DNA from: Octopus bimaculoides
Lineage: Eukaryota
Direction of reading: 5' to 3'
Length of the DNA stretch: 39,923 nt
Assembly (NCBI RefSeq): GCF_001194135.2
Contig: NC_068985.1
Span: forward strand, 1,936,053 to 1,975,975
The notes under the pieces were generated by a model. The model did not search any database. It was not told where the DNA came from and was given only the letters and a program-made list of their open reading frames with translations. This document shows positions 35,819 to 39,923 of this stretch, piece after piece (the stretch's first letter is position 1; each line of letters starts with the position of its first letter). A program made the position numbers and the translations under genes.

Positions 35819-36184
35819 AAAAGCCAATGTTAGGAATCAACGCTATATAACGGTAATGGATGTATATCAGTAGTGAAGGACCAAATTAAATGCCTCCTGT
35901 CGTTATTTTGTTCCTTTGCATTCTGTTTAGATGTTTCCTTTGCAAATTTTCTCTTCATTCCTCAGAGATTTCGATAAAATAACCAGCAGTCAAGTTAATG
36001 ACCAAATCCAATCAACAATAGTCATTAACATCAGATATTCTTCTATAAATTTTAAACCTCATGTCAATCTGATAAATTGCTATTGATGCTCTATGAATAC
36101 TTGCTGTCCAAATGTGTGGAGTGCATTGGTACCGTTTTCCAACCTGTTTCAATACGGGTCTTAATGTGTGTGTATGAGTGTGTG

Positions 36185-36241
<57 letters not shown>

Positions 36242-36290
36242 TAAAGGTAGCTTGTTAGTAATTTTTCAACCAAAAGGAGGCAAAAATGCA

Positions 36291-36492
36291 TGTCACTAAA
36301 GCACTATTCAGCACCCGTATTGCTAGAAATAAGAGTAAAAAAATCTCATACCCACAATAATGCACTGTCAAAGGAGGTGAGCTCCATAAGCACTGACCAT
36401 AGCCAGATCACTTGTTGGTGGCTGTGAGTTGCTTTGGCTCTTATTTCTAGCAATACTGGTGTTGAATAGCACCCTCAATCGCTTTAGTGACA
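36291..36492. mobile_element. MITE with long terminal inverted repeats
   Basis: Perfect termini tgtcactaaagc / gctttagtgaca, then a ~31-nt inverted block ctattca.cacc.gtattgctagaaataagag (2 mismatches) after a 10-nt indel. TA on the right flank, CA on the left. Confidence 0.7.
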
Positions 36493-36708
36493 TATATATT
36501 TTTACATAGATAGATAGATAGATAGATATCATATACACACACATCCACAATATAAAATCCATTAAAAAGAAAGTTCTGGGGGTCAATCCATTCAACTGAA
36601 ACCCTTTGAGGTGTAGCCTCAGCATGGCTACAGTGCAATGACTGAAAGAAGTAAAGATATATATGTATATATAGTGAGGGTAAAAAGAGATACATACATA
36701 CATACACA

Positions 36709-38025
36709 CATCATCATCATCATCATCATCATTTAGCATCTGTGGTCCATGTTGGCATGGGTTGGACAGTTTGACCAGAGCTGGTAAGCTGGAAGGCTAC
36801 ACCAAACTCCAATCTGATCTGGCAATGTTTCTACAGCTGGATGCCCTTCCTAATGCCAACCACTTTACAAAGTGTAACGGGTACTTTTACATTCCACTGG
36901 CACGGGTGCTGTTTACATGACACCAGTATTTCCATGACTACGATTTTACTTAGCATAATACCAAAGGTCTCAGTCATTTGTCATTGCCTCTGTGAGGCCC
37001 AACACTTGAAAGGTGCTTCTCACAAGCCACTGATATTGGCCATCTTGCCAACATGAGGCCCAATGACTGAATAGGTGCCTTTTACATGCCACTAGCACAG
37101 GTGTCCATTACATGACACCCGCATCGACCACAGCCACAATTTCACTTGGTTTTACCATTCTTCTCAAAGGACAACATATTGCCAAAGGTCTCGGTCACTA
37201 ATCATTGCCTCTGTGAGGTTCAAAGTTCGAAGGTCATGCTTCACCACCTCATCCCATTCCTGGATCTACCTCTACCAAATGTTCCCTCCACAGTTAGAGA
37301 TCGGCACTTTTTTACACAGCTGTCCACGTCCATCCACATCATATGACCATACCAGTGGAGTCATCTCTCTTACACACCACATTTGATGCCTCTTACGTCC
37401 AACTTTTCTCTTAAGACACTTACACCCTGTCACACATGCACACTGTGTAGCATAGCTGTTCACATACAGGCATTATACAATATGCCTTTTGTTGCCAGCA
37501 AAGGTAGGAACTCTCTGAATTTTGCCCAGCCTATTCTTAATCTCACAGCTATGCTCTCAAAGCATCCACCTCCACTACTAACTTGGTCACCCAGATACCA
37601 GAAGCTACCTACTACCTCTAGCTTACCCCACTGTCAGTTTATGGAGTCTATTTTCTGTACATTTTCAGTGTTTATTGTATCTCTGCATCTTCCACATACA
37701 AAAGCTATTTTCCCTGTTAACCTTCCTTTGATATTGCTGCACCTCTTATGTGTCCATAGCTTACACCGGTTACATCTTACGGAGTTTCTACCTATGCCTT
37801 TTCTACAGATAAAGCAAAGCCCTCTCCCTGAAGGGGTTTGTGATTTGTCTGCCTTGCTACTTACTACTTCTTTGTTTTTTGCTAGGTTAACTCTAAGGCC
37901 CTTCGATTCATACCCAGAACTTCTCTAGTTCTGGTAGTGATTCAGCCATAAGAACAAGGTCATCAGCATTGAGGAGCTCCCAGGGGCAACCTGTCTCAAA
38001 TTCTTCTGTTATTGCCCAGAGGACT
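36709..38025 (-). mobile_element. RTE-clade LINE (family RTE-A), 5'-truncated and decayed, with PHD finger inside the RT
   Basis: Minus translation GCPWELLNADDLVL (YADD>NADD at 37970-37959), GLRVNLAK, PHD motif, FWYLGDQV, IGWAKFRE, LHWYGH, GRGRSR. Has stops, a frameshift and internal deletions. 3' UTR with internal duplication and (GAT)n tail. Confidence 0.9.
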
Positions 38026-38385
38026 AGGCATCTGTCAATCTCAAGTGACTATAGATCTGCATCCGATGAAATTGTGTTATCTGCTGATGGTGATGCAGTG
38101 TCTGCTGTGGGTGCAGAGACCCACATGGGAGTGGCAGTCACATACAGCAACTGCATTTGAAGCAGTTCTCTGCTGGTGCTGCTGGTTTTCCTTTCATTGA
38201 GTTTGCTTTTCTATGGTGGCAAGTTCTTTCTTCTCTTCCCCTCGTTTCATTCCCTTTTGTGGTATTTGTCTCCATCATGGGCAACCATTTGCGACTTCTT
38301 CCCATCTCAGGATATTTAGAGTAAATGATTTCATATCCCTCTTGCAGATGTCCCTGAAATGAAGAAGAGGTCATCCTCCTGCTAA
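38026..38385 (-). mobile_element. 3' end of a second RTE family (BovB-like, RTE-B)
   Basis: Minus translation PLLHFRDICKRDMK...WEEVA...WRQ...KGMKRGEE...FKCSCC/DCHSHVGLCTHSRHC-stop matches the BovB-type C-terminal CxxC..CxSxxGLxxHxRxC motif. Short 3' UTR ending gattgacagatgcct. Confidence 0.8.
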
Positions 38386-39157
38386 ATATTTAAGTAAATA
38401 GGTATATATACGTATTTAATATACATATTCACATTCATGCATACATATATACATACTTTACAATAAACATCCCATGAATGATCAAAGCAACATGGAAGTC
38501 ATTCATGGTCTTTGAAACAGAGGTGGTTTCTAGCAGCAGCTACAGAGCCTTACAAATACAGAAATATATTGGCACAGAGAAGGTCTCCTTTAAGGCCAGG
38601 CTGAATAATTACAGATTCTGTTTTAGAATCCAACAGAGGCACATTCTTATAATTATAGAGAATACAATGGTACACAAAACAACTGGAAACTGCTTGAACA
38701 TCAGGCACCACATTTGAATAGAAAAGTGTTGCAAGCATTGCTTGGTGGAAAAAAGAATTATTGTAAATAATTTTTCTGATCCAGGTACTTTTCTGAGCTC
38801 AAAAATTGAAATATTTGAATGATGCGCTCATGTGTTGAAATTTGTTTTAGCAAAGTAGTCAGATCTACTTTTGGACTAGAGACTCACACACAGACAATTG
38901 ACATGATTTGACCTTGGGAAGTAAGCCTTGTTTCTCATTCAGAGAATACTTTAAACTCTCACTATGATTCGTTCCAGTCCTTTATTCCAATATTGAACCA
39001 ATCAGGTTCTACATATACCTCCAGCATAAAAGAGGTTAAGTGTTTGAGTTCAGTATGTCCAAAGAGATGTCAATATTGCTTAGTACAAAACACTCATCAT
39101 AAAACCGATGGTAACATTCTGAATGATTATATGACATAATCAGTAATATACTGCTTG

Positions 39158-39214
<57 letters not shown>

Positions 39215-39219
<5 letters not shown>

Positions 39220-39295
39220 TAAATAACGGCAAAAAGAATAATATTTCTTTGCCAATATGCAAAGAAACTTTTTCTTTTTGCCCTTATTTATAATT
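39215..39295. repeat. 81-nt near-perfect hairpin next to (TA)n
   Basis: Outer stem aattataaataacggcaaaaagaa / ttctttttgcccttatttataatt (23/24). Inner stem tttctttgc / gcaaagaaa (9/9) with a 6-nt loop. Confidence 0.85.
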
Positions 39296-39575
39296 GTATA
39301 ATTTTCACCTTAAAAATTGTTTGTCATATACTGACCACTGATGTAATTTTTTAATAAAATTTTACCCTATATCTGTAATGATCATTCACTCCCTGATAGT
39401 AAACTGTAGATTTTCTGCGGTATTGCTTGTGATGCACATAGTGATTCTTGAGGATGCATATGAACTGACTCGTCTATATAAATTCGGAAATGCTGCTTAT
39501 CTTATGTGATGCGCGATGTCACCTGGTTGAGCATACATGGTTTTTGCCAGCATTTTCAAATTTATAATCTAGAAT

Positions 39576-39635
39576 ATCATACTGATGATGGAAATGAAGG
39601 TTTTTAATATTCTGATCCAGAAACGTGTCTATGAT
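39576..39635 (+). ncRNA. Minimal type I hammerhead ribozyme motif (family H3)
   Basis: atcata CTGATGA tgga-[23 nt]-tcca GAA ac-gt-gt C^ tatgat. Intact core, perfect 6-bp stem I, 4-bp stem II, canonical GUC, near-palindromic ACGTGT. Predicted cut after 39629. Confidence 0.7.
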
Positions 39636-39923
39636 TGACTAAGACTTTAGTTTCGTTATTTTTTTCTCCTTGTTTTGCCTTTGTGAGTTACAAGTATTGT
39701 TATCTGTTGGAGACTTATTTTAGTAGTAGAATTAGCACTTTAACTGCTATTTCTAAATTTCGGTATGTTGGTGAAGCAACTGTTGCTGATCCCTTAATTA
39801 TGTTTATAATTTTAAAAAGAACTTTTTTATATAAGTTCTTTACCGATAATGGTTTTTTACATACCGAACTACTTGGTAAAAATTATTAATTATTAATTTA
39901 TATATATATATATATATATATAT

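Overview
Eukaryotic, AT-rich, microsatellite-saturated scaffold DNA with 11 N gaps (8091-8382, 9753-10249, 14160-14470, 17086-17147, 18191-18730, 19650-20209, 22537-22636, 24933-24942, 25664-25876, 30294-30303, 32773-32954). The repeat families look octopus-like (inference from recognition, not a database result). Nearly all listed ORFs are translations of simple repeats or of N gaps. Real coding signal is mostly decayed transposons: two R4/Dong-type RLE LINE 3' ends, a CR1-type 3' end, three RTE LINE pieces (one with a PHD finger inside its RT, fused to a second RTE family), a Penelope-like RT fragment and two maT-like Tc1/mariner transposases. There are also about 15 tRNA-derived SINE copies or fragments of three families, a DINE-1/HINE-like element and several MITE/fold-back elements. 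Three phase-compatible + strand exons (5571-5682, 8484-8530, 10424-10563) may be the 3' end of a host gene with weak IRF-like motifs. The most notable signal is a set of type I hammerhead ribozyme motifs of several unrelated families. Four fold convincingly and three are degenerate. One pair shows stem covariation, and one sits in the loop of a long fold-back whose second arm starts at about the predicted cleavage site. All translations, alignments and folds were done by eye.
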